From: an uncultured Erysipelotrichaceae bacterium
GTDB taxonomy: Bacteria > Bacillota_I > Bacilli_A > RF39 > UBA660
Assembly: GCA_902773675.1 (NCBI GenBank)
Contig: CACYFN010000001.1
Coordinates: forward strand, 2,384 to 66,383
Length of the DNA stretch: 64,000 nt
Direction of reading: 5' to 3'
Shown here piece by piece: positions 54,840 through 64,000 of this stretch. Position 1 is the first letter of the stretch. Each line of letters starts with the position of its first letter. Under the pieces are notes generated by a model, which saw nothing but the letters and a program-made list of their open reading frames with translations, made no database searches and was not told the origin of the DNA. The translations under genes were made by a program, and so were the position numbers.

Positions 54840-56027
54840 CTAATCAGTTAAAATATTAATACCAGATTCACGAACTTGTTCTTCAGTCTTAATATCTAAT
54901 TTATAATTTGTTAAACGAGTAGCAAGTTTAACATTAATACCTTTCTTACCAATAGCTAAAGATAAATTTTCTTTATCAACTATAACTAATGTTTCTTTAG
55001 TTTTTTCATCTAAAATATAAACTTTTAAATCTTTAGCAGGACTTAAAGCACTCTTAATAAAACTAACAGGATCTTTACTATATAAAACAATATCTACTTT
55101 CTCACCATTTAATTCTTTTAAAATACTAGCAATTCTACTTCCACGTTCACCAATACAAGCACCAATTGCATCAACATTAGGGTTTTCAGAATATACAGCT
55201 ACCTTAGATCTAACACCAGCTTCACGAGCAATACTATATATCATTACTGTACCTTCACTAATTTCAGGAATTTCAAGTTCAAATAATCTTTTAACAAAAC
55301 CATAATATTTACGAGTTAAAAGTATTAAAGCACCTTTAGAATTAATATCAACTTTACTTATATAGCACTTAATATTAGATCCCATCTTAATAGTTTCCCC
55401 AGGAATAATTTCCGTTTTAGGAAGTAATCCTTGAGTCTTACCTAAATTAATAAAGTAATTCTTCTCATCTTCCATCTCAACAGTACCAGATATTAATTCT
55501 TCTTCTTTATCTTCAAATTCATTAGCAATGTTATTTCTTTCAGCTTCTCTAACCTTTTGAATAATAACTTGTTTAGCCGTAGCAGCAGCTACCCTACCAA
55601 AATCCTTAGGAGTAACTTCTTCTTCAATAGTATCACCTACATTAATAGAAGGATCAATCTTTCTCGCATCTTCAAGAGTAATATGAATTTTTTCATTAAA
55701 TACAAATGGTCTAAATCTTTCTTCTTCAGGTAAATCTTCTAAATCTTCATTTTCTAATTCTTCTTCACTTAATAATTCTTCATCCTTAAATTCATTTTCA
55801 TCCAAACTAGTCATATGTTCCTTATCAAGAACAACAGTCTTATAAGAAAATAATTTTATTTCATAAGTATCCCTATTAATTTGTGGTCTCACATTAGTTA
55901 AAGATTTATAATTTTTCTTATAAGCGCTAACCAAAGCTAACTCCAATCCATCTAAAATATAATCTTCACTCATACCCTTTTCTTCACATAATTTTTTTAA
56001 AGCTTTCTTAAATTCTTTATTATCCAT
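54840..56027 (-). CDS. nusA: Transcription termination/antitermination factor NusA. The start is MDNKEF with an AAAGGAAG RBS. The track ORF is extended by 11 codons.
   Basis: NusA N-terminal domain, S1 domain and two KH domains (GIKGSRIASI..). Confidence 0.9.
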   Translation of the reverse strand: MDNKEFKKALKKLCEEKGMSEDYILDGLELALVSAYKKNYKSLTNVRPQINRDTYEIKLFSYKTVVLDKEHMTSLDENEFKDEELLSEEELENEDLEDLPEEERFRPFVFNEKIHITLEDARKIDPSINVGDTIEEEVTPKDFGRVAAATAKQVIIQKVREAERNNIANEFEDKEEELISGTVEMEDEKNYFINLGKTQGLLPKTEIIPGETIKMGSNIKCYISKVDINSKGALILLTRKYYGFVKRLFELEIPEISEGTVMIYSIAREAGVRSKVAVYSENPNVDAIGACIGERGSRIASILKELNGEKVDIVLYSKDPVSFIKSALSPAKDLKVYILDEKTKETLVIVDKENLSLAIGKKGINVKLATRLTNYKLDIKTEEQVRESGINILTD

Positions 56028-56028
56028 C

Positions 56029-56277
56029 TTACTCGCTTCCTTTCTCTTTTGAACACACATCTAAAATATAACTATCACTAATAATATTAGCATCATCTAA
56101 AATAGGATTAATAAGTTTACTAACACATACACAATCATCAATATCAACAATACCATTTTTATCAATAACTACTCTTAAAAACATATTCGCATCTTCCTTA
56201 ACATATTCTACACTATCAAGAATATAATTATTATCAGTAATTACTTCTTCAATTAATTTTCGTACCTTATCCTCAAT
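56029..56277 (-). CDS. rimP: Ribosome maturation factor RimP, N-terminal domain only (83 aa from MIEDK, GGAGGT RBS)
   Basis: FLRVVIDKNGIVDIDDCVCVSKLINPILD...YILDV matches the RimP N-domain. The ORF stops where the C-terminal domain would begin. Confidence 0.55.
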   Translation of the reverse strand: MEDKVRKLIEEVITDNNYILDSVEYVKEDANMFLRVVIDKNGIVDIDDCVCVSKLINPILDDANIISDSYILDVCSKEKGSE

Positions 56278-56299
56278 CATATTTACCTCCATGTTCACG

Positions 56300-56323
56300 A
56301 AAGAGTGGGTAACCCCACTCTTT
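56300..56323 (-). promoter_or_regulatory. GC-rich perfect hairpin AAAGAGUGGG-UAAC-CCCACUCUUU in the leader immediately upstream of the rimP RBS
   Basis: 10-bp stem, far GC-richer than its context. No long U-run follows. Confidence 0.4.
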
Positions 56324-56425
56324 GCTTCAACGACTAAATTATATCATAAAATATTTAAAATTAATACCTTTTTTTAAAATTTAACCAAATTTTTTAACAA
56401 AAACAAAAAAACAAGAATAATCTTG

Positions 56426-56911
56426 CTATAAAAATGGTTTTAATTTTTCCACTGCATCTTCTTGAAAAGCAACATAATCTTCACATATTTTATGAACATC
56501 ACTATCCATATTCTTATCATTTAAAAGCCTTCTACCTTCAATAATGCCCATATTAGTTCCTTGCATCAATAGTTCAGCTATTTTAGAAGTACTATCATCT
56601 AACATTGTCTTCATCTCAATACCATACCATGTCATTACCTTATTCATAGCACCAGTCTTATGAGGTTCCTTATCACTATACTCTGGATAAAGTTTACAAA
56701 TTTTTTCATTAGTTTCCTTGTATTTAGCATACTGTCTATTAAGTTCCTTACGTAAATTTTCATCCTTAACTTTATCCATTATAAAATGAATAGCATCTCT
56801 ACCCATACAAGCACCTTTATTTAATTCATCTAAAACATTTATATCTTTTTTATCTTCTCTCATAATATCCCTCCAACTATATAATGAATAAATATTAAAA
56901 AATTTATACAT
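56426..56911 (-). CDS. Hypothetical protein, possibly a four-helix-bundle fold. The probable start is the internal MREDKK.
   Basis: Clean ORF with no confident family assignment. Confidence 0.4.
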   Translation of the reverse strand: MYKFFNIYSLYSWRDIMREDKKDINVLDELNKGACMGRDAIHFIMDKVKDENLRKELNRQYAKYKETNEKICKLYPEYSDKEPHKTGAMNKVMTWYGIEMKTMLDDSTSKIAELLMQGTNMGIIEGRRLLNDKNMDSDVHKICEDYVAFQEDAVEKLKPFL

Positions 56912-56944
56912 TTTAATTGAAATTCACTCAAAAGAAGTGTTATA

Positions 56945-57415
56945 ATGAAATTACCCCAAATAAGGAGGTGCATTATGGGAGAAGACAATATTGATAATAA
57001 AATACTAGATTTACAAAATGATTTTTTTGAAAAATGCGATAAAATAACAATGTTATTACCTAAACAAACAGATTATATTCAAAATAAAAAAAATAATATA
57101 ACAGAAGCAATAAAAAATCTATTATCTGTAAATCAAGATCTAAATAGCATACTAGCAATAAATGAAATAGAAAACTTGTGCCATCAAGGAATGAATAAAT
57201 TAAAATATATTTTTGAAAACATTATTGATCAAAAAAACAATGATCAAGTAAATAGGTTTTATGAGCTTTTAAATGAATTAAAAAGAATATATAAATTACC
57301 AACAAAAACAAACGATGAAATTCAAAAAAAATATAATGTTATCAATGATTTAATAAATCAAATTGAAGCATTTCAAAATGAAATAAGTTGTAAAACATTA
57401 TATAAAAAATATTAA
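56945..57415 (+). CDS. Hypothetical coiled-coil protein (156 aa)
   Basis: AGGAGG RBS. No motif recognised. Confidence 0.4.
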   Translation: MKLPQIRRCIMGEDNIDNKILDLQNDFFEKCDKITMLLPKQTDYIQNKKNNITEAIKNLLSVNQDLNSILAINEIENLCHQGMNKLKYIFENIIDQKNNDQVNRFYELLNELKRIYKLPTKTNDEIQKKYNVINDLINQIEAFQNEISCKTLYKKY

Positions 57416-57471
57416 AAAAAAGTCTTGAAACTATAGTTTTATTATGATATAATTAACTTGTGTTTCGCATT

Positions 57472-57562
57472 GGAGTAGTACTCAAGAGGCTGAAGAGGCG
57501 CCCCTGCTAAGGGTGTAGACCGGGTAACTGGTGCGAGAGTTCAAATCTCTCCTGCTCCGCCA
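57472..57562 (+). tRNA. tRNA-Ser (GCT)
   Basis: GGAGTAGTACTCAAGAGGCTGAAGAGGCGCCCCTGCTAAGGG... with a long variable arm. Anticodon loop CTGCTAA. CCA encoded. Confidence 0.9.
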
Positions 57563-57572
57563 TTAAAAAAAT

Positions 57573-57596
57573 AATCCCCATTAGGGGTTTTTTTAT
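57573..57596. terminator. Bidirectional terminator (CCCC-AUUA-GGGG flanked by A7 and T7) shared by tRNA-Ser and the convergent sigma gene
   Basis: AAAAAAATAATCCCCATTAGGGGTTTTTTT. Overlaps the sigma-factor stop codon. Confidence 0.7.
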
Positions 57597-58243
57597 GTCA
57601 TTTGATACTTCAATTTTTGAAGTATTTTTTGTTCTTTCCTAGATACTTGTACTTGACTCATACCCATTATTTTAGAAGTTTCACTCTGAGTTAAATCATT
57701 CATATAACGATTATAAATAATATTTTTTTCTTCATCATTTAACTTTGATATACTATTTTCTAAATATAATTTATCAAAAGTATCATCACTATAACCAATA
57801 ACATCTTGCAGACACATATCACTATCATTAGTAATAGCCTCATCTATACTCTTAATACCATTATTACTATTAATAGCTTCACTAACCATATATTCTGGTA
57901 TTTCCAAATAATTAGCTACCTCTAAAATAGAAGGCATTCTCATCAATTTCTGAGAAAGTAAAATATAAGCCTTATCAATCTTTAAATTAAGTTTCGAAAT
58001 TTGATTACTTATCTTAATACCTTTATCCTCCCTTACTAATTTCTTCATTTCACCTAAAATATAAGTAAAAGCATAAGTAGAAAACTTACATCCCTTATCA
58101 TCTTTAAAATTTTTATATGCTTTAATAAAACCAATACATCCTACCTGATACAAATCTTCCTTATTATTATAATTTCTAAAATATTTCATAGCTTCATATA
58201 TTAATCCTTGATTATCCATAATTATATTAGAAAGTTCATCCAT
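57593..58243 (-). CDS. Group-3 sigma-70 factor (SigB/SigF/SigG-like, 216 aa)
   Basis: Region 2 (DLYQVGCIGFIKAYKNFKDDKGCKFSTYAFTYI) and region 4 (LTQSETSKIMGMSQVQVSRKEQKILQKL). Confidence 0.75.
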   Translation of the reverse strand: MDELSNIIMDNQGLIYEAMKYFRNYNNKEDLYQVGCIGFIKAYKNFKDDKGCKFSTYAFTYILGEMKKLVREDKGIKISNQISKLNLKIDKAYILLSQKLMRMPSILEVANYLEIPEYMVSEAINSNNGIKSIDEAITNDSDMCLQDVIGYSDDTFDKLYLENSISKLNDEEKNIIYNRYMNDLTQSETSKIMGMSQVQVSRKEQKILQKLKYQMT

Positions 58244-58575
58244 TATATCACCCCATCACATTCACAAATATAATTAAGTAACCTACGTTTCTTTAATAAC
58301 TTACAAATATTTATATTATTACCACATAATAAAACTTTACCTTTTTTATTATTAATAATTTCATAATTATAAAATAATCTATTAATACCTTTATTATCTA
58401 TTAATTTTAACTTACTAACATTAAATACTAACTTTATAATATTATCTTTATCTAACTTCTTAGTAACCCTTTTATCTAATTTATTAACAGTATCTTTAGT
58501 AAGCTCTCCTTTTAAATTTACATATAATATACCTCCCTTTTGTTCTAAACCAATAGTAAGAATAATATCACCATC
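58243..58575 (-). CDS. STAS-domain anti-sigma-factor-antagonist-like ORF (SpoIIAA/RsbV-like, ~105 aa) with no ATG/GTG/TTG start. Its stop overlaps the sigma-factor ATG (TAATG).
   Basis: Hand translation of the minus strand gives ...ILYVNLKGELTKDTVNKLDKRVTKKLDKDNIIKLVFNVSKLKLIDNKGINRLFYNYEIINNKKGKVLLCGNNINICKLLKKRRLLNYI.. The open frame runs stop to stop with no canonical start. A 9-codon ATG ORF lies in the -1 frame at its 5' end. Confidence 0.35.
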   Translation of the reverse strand, partial: DGDIILTIGLEQKGGILYVNLKGELTKDTVNKLDKRVTKKLDKDNIIKLVFNVSKLKLIDNKGINRLFYNYEIINNKKGKVLLCGNNINICKLLKKRRLLNYICECDGVI

Positions 58576-58648
58576 CTAATTAATTTAGCACATTTAAAAT
58601 AATTTTTATACACATTCGTCAAAACTAGACAAAAAAAGAATTAATTAC

Positions 58649-58918
58649 TTAATCCTTCTTATTTTTTAAATCTAAATATTTATTAATTTGCTCTTTATTA
58701 TTACTTTGAAATTCCTTGATAAAATCTTTCTTAAAACTATCCATTTTCTTCATTATTTCTTCTCTTTCATTAACTAATTTAGTATCACGAATAATTTCCA
58801 TTTGTTTATTAATTTCAAGCATCTTAACTTTTAAATCATTAATTTTAACAATTTTATCAGCCATCTCAGGAGTCAAATTAAATTTAATATCTTCAATATC
58901 TTTCATATAAACCTCCAA
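58649..58918 (-). CDS. Hypothetical small coiled-coil protein
   Basis: ORF only. Confidence 0.3.
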   Translation of the reverse strand: MEVYMKDIEDIKFNLTPEMADKIVKINDLKVKMLEINKQMEIIRDTKLVNEREEIMKKMDSFKKDFIKEFQSNNKEQINKYLDLKNKKD

Positions 58919-58963
58919 AATCGATTTATATTTTCTTTTCTACAAACTAATTTTATAATATTA

Positions 58964-59470
58964 TTATTTATTAGTCAATAACTTTCTTATACATTTTATA
59001 ATTAAATATAAATATAAACATAAGTATAAATAATTACCATAAACAACCATAGGATAAATATTAACTAAAATAATCAAATGAATATTATTTAGATAATGCG
59101 TCATAAATAATGAATAAATTAAAAATACAAGTCCAATAACATAAATAATATTAATAAATTTATCATATTTTTTTATTAGTATTAAACTAACCATTAAAAA
59201 AATAATACTATTCAAAAAATAAAAATACATATTATGCATAAAATATTTAAAACCACTAAATAAATAACTATGGTAAAAATATATAATTAAAAATAAAAGT
59301 ATTATTTTTATAACTATCATTAATATCTTAAAAATTTTATTATCTCTATTTATGAACATAATAAATTCTAAAATTATCATACTAATTAAAATTATCCACA
59401 TCATCATATGATCAGTAAAACAACTTATAAACATTTTAAAAGTTTCAAAAACACTATAATTTAAATACAT
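58964..59470 (-). CDS. Hypothetical polytopic membrane protein
   Basis: Five or six hydrophobic helices. Confidence 0.4.
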   Translation of the reverse strand: MYLNYSVFETFKMFISCFTDHMMMWIILISMIILEFIMFINRDNKIFKILMIVIKIILLFLIIYFYHSYLFSGFKYFMHNMYFYFLNSIIFLMVSLILIKKYDKFINIIYVIGLVFLIYSLFMTHYLNNIHLIILVNIYPMVVYGNYLYLCLYLYLIIKCIRKLLTNK

Positions 59471-59471
59471 A

Positions 59472-61016
59472 CTACTTAATTAAACATTCTCCTGTCATCT
59501 CTACAGGAATATCTATTCCCATCAATCTTAACATAGTAGGAGCAACATCAGCAAGTTTTCCATCTTTAAGTTTAATATCTTTCTTAGTAACAAGACATGG
59601 AACCGGATTAGTAGTATGACTAGTAACAGGTAGATGATTTCTATCCCACATCATATCACAATTACCATGATCAGCAATAATCATAAGTATTCCATCCATT
59701 TCCATTACTTTATCATATATTTTTTTAATACACTTATCCATATGTTCGCAAGCTTTAATAGCAGCCTCATAATTACCAGTATGTCCAACCATATCACCAT
59801 TGGCAAAATTCATAATAGTAACATCATAATTATCAACATTTTCTAAAAAAGCATCAGTTACTTCATAAACACTCATTTCAGGTTTTAAATCATAAGTAGC
59901 AACCTTCGGAGAAGGGATTAAAATCTTCTTCATATCATCATACTCTACTTCCTTACCACCATCAAAGAAAAAAGTAACATGTGGATATTTTTCAGTTTCT
60001 GCAATTCTAAATTGACTAACATGATTATTGTGTAGATAATCAACTAAAATATTTTTTAAATCTAAATCATTAAAAGCATGAGGACACTTAACAGTTTCTG
60101 TTACTGGAAACATAGTAAGAATTTTTAAATTATTATAATTTTTAACAATTAAACCTTTTTTTAAAGCATCATCTTTATAACATTCAGGATTACTTAAAAG
60201 AGTAAACATCTCTCTTATTCTATCTTTTCTAAAATTAAACGTAATTACTCCATCATTATCACCAATAGGATTAGAATTAATTAAGCCAGGAATTACAAAT
60301 TCATCATACTTACCATTATTATAATTATCTTCAACTAATTCCTTATAACTATTATATTTAGGACCTTCTCCATAACATATAGCATCATAAGATAACTTTA
60401 ATCTATCAAAATTATTATCCCTATCCATTCCATAATATCTACCACCAATAGTAGAAATACTACCAATACCAATCTCTTTAATAGCATTATCCAACATATC
60501 TAAATATTTTAAAGCACTCTTTAAATAAGTATCTCTACCATCTAAACATATATCAAAATATACATTTTCTAAACTATTATTCTTACACATCTTAAGTAAA
60601 CTAATAGCATGATCTATATGAGAATGTACTCCTCCATCAGATAAAAGTCCAAATATATGTAAATTAGAATTATTATTCTTTACATGATTAATAACATCTA
60701 ATATTTCTTTATTATTATAAAAACTACCATCATTAATAGAAGAAGTAATAGCTTCCAATGGTTGTAAAGCAATACGTCCAGCACCTAAATTCATATGTCC
60801 TACTTCACTAGTACCCATTTGTCCCTCAGGAAGTCCTACATATGGTCCACTTGCTTGTAATATTGAATGTGGATAAATATTAAATAACATATCAAGTGTA
60901 GGTTTATTCGCATTCTTAAATGCATTACCATCACTACTTTCTCTAATACCAACTCCATCTAAAATAGTTAATACTAATTTCTTCATAAAATCACCACCAT
61001 AATTATAACACACCAA
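59472..61016 (-). CDS. gpmI: 2,3-bisphosphoglycerate-independent phosphoglycerate mutase
   Basis: iPGM motifs and a ~510-aa length. Confidence 0.9.
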   Translation of the reverse strand: MVCYNYGGDFMKKLVLTILDGVGIRESSDGNAFKNANKPTLDMLFNIYPHSILQASGPYVGLPEGQMGTSEVGHMNLGAGRIALQPLEAITSSINDGSFYNNKEILDVINHVKNNNSNLHIFGLLSDGGVHSHIDHAISLLKMCKNNSLENVYFDICLDGRDTYLKSALKYLDMLDNAIKEIGIGSISTIGGRYYGMDRDNNFDRLKLSYDAICYGEGPKYNSYKELVEDNYNNGKYDEFVIPGLINSNPIGDNDGVITFNFRKDRIREMFTLLSNPECYKDDALKKGLIVKNYNNLKILTMFPVTETVKCPHAFNDLDLKNILVDYLHNNHVSQFRIAETEKYPHVTFFFDGGKEVEYDDMKKILIPSPKVATYDLKPEMSVYEVTDAFLENVDNYDVTIMNFANGDMVGHTGNYEAAIKACEHMDKCIKKIYDKVMEMDGILMIIADHGNCDMMWDRNHLPVTSHTTNPVPCLVTKKDIKLKDGKLADVAPTMLRLMGIDIPVEMTGECLIK

Positions 61017-61033
61017 TAAAAAAAAATATAGAA

Positions 61034-61909
61034 CTAAACATGTTCTATATAATTAATTATTTCACCTATTGTATTATTAAAATTATCAAAATCAACATTA
61101 AACCATTTAACATTCATCTGATTATTAAACCAAGTATACTGTCTTTTCGCATATTTTCTACTATTTTGCTTAATTAAATCTAAGCATTCATCAAGATCTT
61201 TATCACCATCAAAATATGGAAATAATTCCTTATAACCAATAGGAGTCATTACAGCTTTGCTACGTATTTTACTATCATATATCTTTTTAGCTTCATTTAA
61301 TAATCCACAACTGACCATCTTATCAACACGATTATTTATCCTATCATATAAAATATCTCTATCAGTAGTAAGACCAATAAACACACAATCATAAAGTAAT
61401 TTATCAGTCTTATTAGTATCCATAACACTTCCATGATTATAATAGTAATCAAGAGCTCTTTCAATTCTTTTTCTATTATTTACATGAATATCAGTATCAC
61501 TATCAATTTTTTTAAGCATATCATATAATTCTATATTACTATACTTACTATAATCATTTTTAATACTTTCTTCCTCAAATTTATAATCATATAAACTAGC
61601 CTTAATATATAAACCAGTACCACCTACCATAATAGGTGTTTTTCCTCTACTTATTATATCATCAATTACTAATCTACTATCTTTCTGATAATCAAAAACA
61701 GTATAATTTTCATCAATATTTCTAATATCAAATAAATGATGCACTATACCTTCTTTTTCTGTTTCACTAACCTTAGCAGTAGCAATATCCAATCCCCTAT
61801 ATACTTGAGTAGAATCAGCATTAATAACCTCACCATTTAATCTTTTAGCTAGTTCAATACTTAATTTAGTTTTACCAACACCAGTTGGTCCTACAATACA
61901 TATAATCAT
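61034..61909 (-). CDS. miaA: tRNA dimethylallyltransferase
   Basis: GPTGVGKT P-loop. INADSTQVYRGLDIATAK. Confidence 0.9.
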   Translation of the reverse strand: MIICIVGPTGVGKTKLSIELAKRLNGEVINADSTQVYRGLDIATAKVSETEKEGIVHHLFDIRNIDENYTVFDYQKDSRLVIDDIISRGKTPIMVGGTGLYIKASLYDYKFEEESIKNDYSKYSNIELYDMLKKIDSDTDIHVNNRKRIERALDYYYNHGSVMDTNKTDKLLYDCVFIGLTTDRDILYDRINNRVDKMVSCGLLNEAKKIYDSKIRSKAVMTPIGYKELFPYFDGDKDLDECLDLIKQNSRKYAKRQYTWFNNQMNVKWFNVDFDNFNNTIGEIINYIEHV

Positions 61910-62955
61910 ATAACACCTTTTACACTATCATATCTCTTTAAATATTCTTTAACACATATTAATGCATCATTTAAAAAGTTACCATCATCTAAATCAATAC
62001 CAAATTTTCTTAATAATTCAACCATATCAACATTATCATCATCATTTATATGCTCATTTAAATATAAAATATCTTCCATTTTACAATGTTTAAAAGCATA
62101 CATAGCTAGTATAGTACCAAATAAATATTTAAAATGATCAACTAATAAATTTGCACACTTTCTTACTACATCATTATAATCATAATCATCACTAAAATGA
62201 TTATTTCGATAATTTTTATCTACCCTTTTAAAACATTCTAATAAAGTATTACACTCTTTATCAAAAGCACTTTTCTCAATTGGAAAATATTTCTCTTTAA
62301 AAAATTCATAACTAGCATCATCAACACTTCCAAAATCCATAAAACATGTTAAAGGAGTCTCTACATAATAAAAATTATTAGTTCTATAAAAAGTAGACTT
62401 TAATCTTATTTCATAATCAATTTCATCTTTATTAATACCTTTATTAATTAAATAATCTATTGCATATGTCTCAAAATAAATAGATAAAAATTCAGTTAAT
62501 AAACTTCTATTTCTTGTAATATTATTACTATCATTAGTATAATGAATAAATTCATGAACTAAATTAACAACATCATCATAATTAAATTCCCTATTAATAT
62601 TAATTAATTGTATTGTTTTATTATTCTTTTCAGTATGAACAAATTCACAATCACTATATTCTTGTTCATAACTAAAATCAAGCATTCCACTATTCATCAT
62701 TTCATCATATTTATTTAAATAACTAGGATTAATACTTGCAATTATCTCTCTAGTAATCATATATACATCTTTATAAGTTAAATGATTTTCTTTAATTTCT
62801 TTATTAAATTTATAATCATATAAACTCATATAATAACCATCATTCATTTCACAAATACTAGATATATTATTAATAATTATATTACCAGTTTTATTTAAAT
62901 AAACACATATATCATTTAAATATTTATTTAATTCCTTATATTCTTCCCTTTTCAT
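61906..62955 (-). CDS. Hypothetical HEXXH-motif protein (VHEFIHY), a putative zinc-metallopeptidase-like protein. Paralogous to the next gene.
   Basis: HEXXH motif and a shared motif block with the upstream paralog (...HE..H......R...TE.LSI..E...DYL..). Confidence 0.45.
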   Translation of the reverse strand: MKREEYKELNKYLNDICVYLNKTGNIIINNISSICEMNDGYYMSLYDYKFNKEIKENHLTYKDVYMITREIIASINPSYLNKYDEMMNSGMLDFSYEQEYSDCEFVHTEKNNKTIQLININREFNYDDVVNLVHEFIHYTNDSNNITRNRSLLTEFLSIYFETYAIDYLINKGINKDEIDYEIRLKSTFYRTNNFYYVETPLTCFMDFGSVDDASYEFFKEKYFPIEKSAFDKECNTLLECFKRVDKNYRNNHFSDDYDYNDVVRKCANLLVDHFKYLFGTILAMYAFKHCKMEDILYLNEHINDDDNVDMVELLRKFGIDLDDGNFLNDALICVKEYLKRYDSVKGVI

Positions 62956-62969
62956 TATATCCCTTCTTA

Positions 62970-63920
62970 TTATCTATTTCTTACATACTTTTTATAATTA
63001 TTTTCTAACATTTTATAAGAATCATCAGATAGTTCAAACCCATTAATTTCTAATTCTAAATAATTAAAAACTTGCAAATAATTAAACTCTTTAATAATAT
63101 CATTCATCTCAAATAATTCTAAAATATTATTTTTATTAAACTTTATACGCTTATATAAATAAGTAGCAATCAATATTCCAAAAATATATCTAAACTCAAT
63201 ATCTACATCTACACAATCTTCTTCCAATATATCTAAAACAACTTGATTAAGATCTTTCCTTTGACTATTATTATATTTATTAATAATACTTAAAAAATCA
63301 TTATAATTAATATTATATTTATTTATATACAATTCCATTAACTTAAAAACAAAATCAATATATAAAGACTTATAATTCACAGCCTCTAAAGTATTATTAT
63401 TACATACTTTATAATCAATAATTTTATCTTTCTTTAAATAATCTTCAAATAATAATTCTATTAATATTGATAAACTCTCAGTAAATATCATTCTTGTACT
63501 ATTTTCCCCTAATTCATCAATATTTCTATCATGATTTAATTCATGTATTATACTAAAAGCATCATCTAATGTATGATATATAGGTATATAGATTTTTCTT
63601 TTATTATTTTTAAAATCATAATAACTATAAGCATTATAATAACTTTTCTTATCATCAAAAACAATAGTTCCATCATTCTTTCTTAATTGATAATAAAGAT
63701 AATAATCATAATTAATTTTCATTAAAAAATTATTTACCATAGCATCTATTTGATTAAAACTATATTTTCTACGATATTTCAAATAATAACTATAATTACA
63801 ATTATTTAGAACTATATCATTAATTTTTTTCTTAAAATATAAATCATCCATTGAATTAATATTATTTAAAGTAACATATTCTTCAATAATTCTTTCTAGT
63901 TTAAATATTACTTCTTCCAT
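62970..63920 (-). CDS. Hypothetical HEXXH-motif protein (IHELNH), paralogous to 61906..62955
   Basis: Same as above. Confidence 0.45.
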   Translation of the reverse strand: MEEVIFKLERIIEEYVTLNNINSMDDLYFKKKINDIVLNNCNYSYYLKYRRKYSFNQIDAMVNNFLMKINYDYYLYYQLRKNDGTIVFDDKKSYYNAYSYYDFKNNKRKIYIPIYHTLDDAFSIIHELNHDRNIDELGENSTRMIFTESLSILIELLFEDYLKKDKIIDYKVCNNNTLEAVNYKSLYIDFVFKLMELYINKYNINYNDFLSIINKYNNSQRKDLNQVVLDILEEDCVDVDIEFRYIFGILIATYLYKRIKFNKNNILELFEMNDIIKEFNYLQVFNYLELEINGFELSDDSYKMLENNYKKYVRNR

Positions 63921-63923
63921 TAT

Positions 63924-64000
63924 TTAATAAACATCGAATCACCAAAAGAAAAGAAACGATACTCCTTATCTACAGCTTCACGATAAGCTTTCATAATATT
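63924..64000 (-). CDS. 3' end of an upstream minus-strand ORF (…KAYREAVDKEYRFFSFGDSMFIK*), truncated by the window edge
   Basis: Open frame running into the window edge. Identity undetermined. Confidence 0.3.

Overview
This 64 kb window is a very AT-rich (roughly 25% GC) bacterial chromosomal segment read with the standard genetic code. Long ORFs contain no in-frame TGA, so this is not a code-4 mollicute. The gene set includes class-A PBP (ponA), ftsA/ftsZ, an LTA synthase and an LCP-family protein, so the organism is walled. Several gene pairs are the conserved Bacillus ones: hrcA-grpE-dnaK-dnaJ, rodZ-pgsA, gpsB-rnpB, recU-ponA, dusB-lysS and rimP-nusA-ylxR-infB. I infer a low-GC Firmicute, possibly Erysipelotrichia-like or a reduced clostridial lineage, but this is inference only. 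Almost all genes sit on the minus strand. Housekeeping content is dense: the heat-shock operon with two CIRCE-like operators, tig, mutS, ftsAZ, PBP1A, serS with a T-box leader, lysS, infB/nusA, rpsD with its leader, S21, L19, lepB, HU, gpmI, miaA, and a type-B RNase P RNA. There are also tRNA-Cys(GCA) and tRNA-Ser(GCT). I found no transposase, integrase or CRISPR array. The non-routine items are listed below. (1) GrpE carries a cysteine-rich, metallothionein-like N-terminal extension. (2) Two tandem paralogous DUF285/BspA-like leucine-rich-repeat surface proteins have an internal hydrophobic hairpin. (3) A 29-aa hydrophobic peptide gene lies antisense to the infB 3' region and is flanked by AGTACTCAA repeats, which makes it a type-I-toxin-like candidate. 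(4) A SigB/F/G-type sigma factor is directly preceded by a STAS-domain ORF that has no ATG and no phosphorylatable Ser, and there is no anti-sigma kinase between them. (5) A DinD/Bro-N-like paralog pair sits next to mutS; one copy is a pseudogene, and mutL is absent. (6) Tandem HEXXH paralogs lie where mutL would be expected, upstream of miaA. (7) An HTH-metallophosphoesterase fusion. (8) pepF is inserted inside the dnaK operon. (9) rimP is truncated. (10) PBP1A carries a coding (AAT)n microsatellite that produces a poly-Asn tail.
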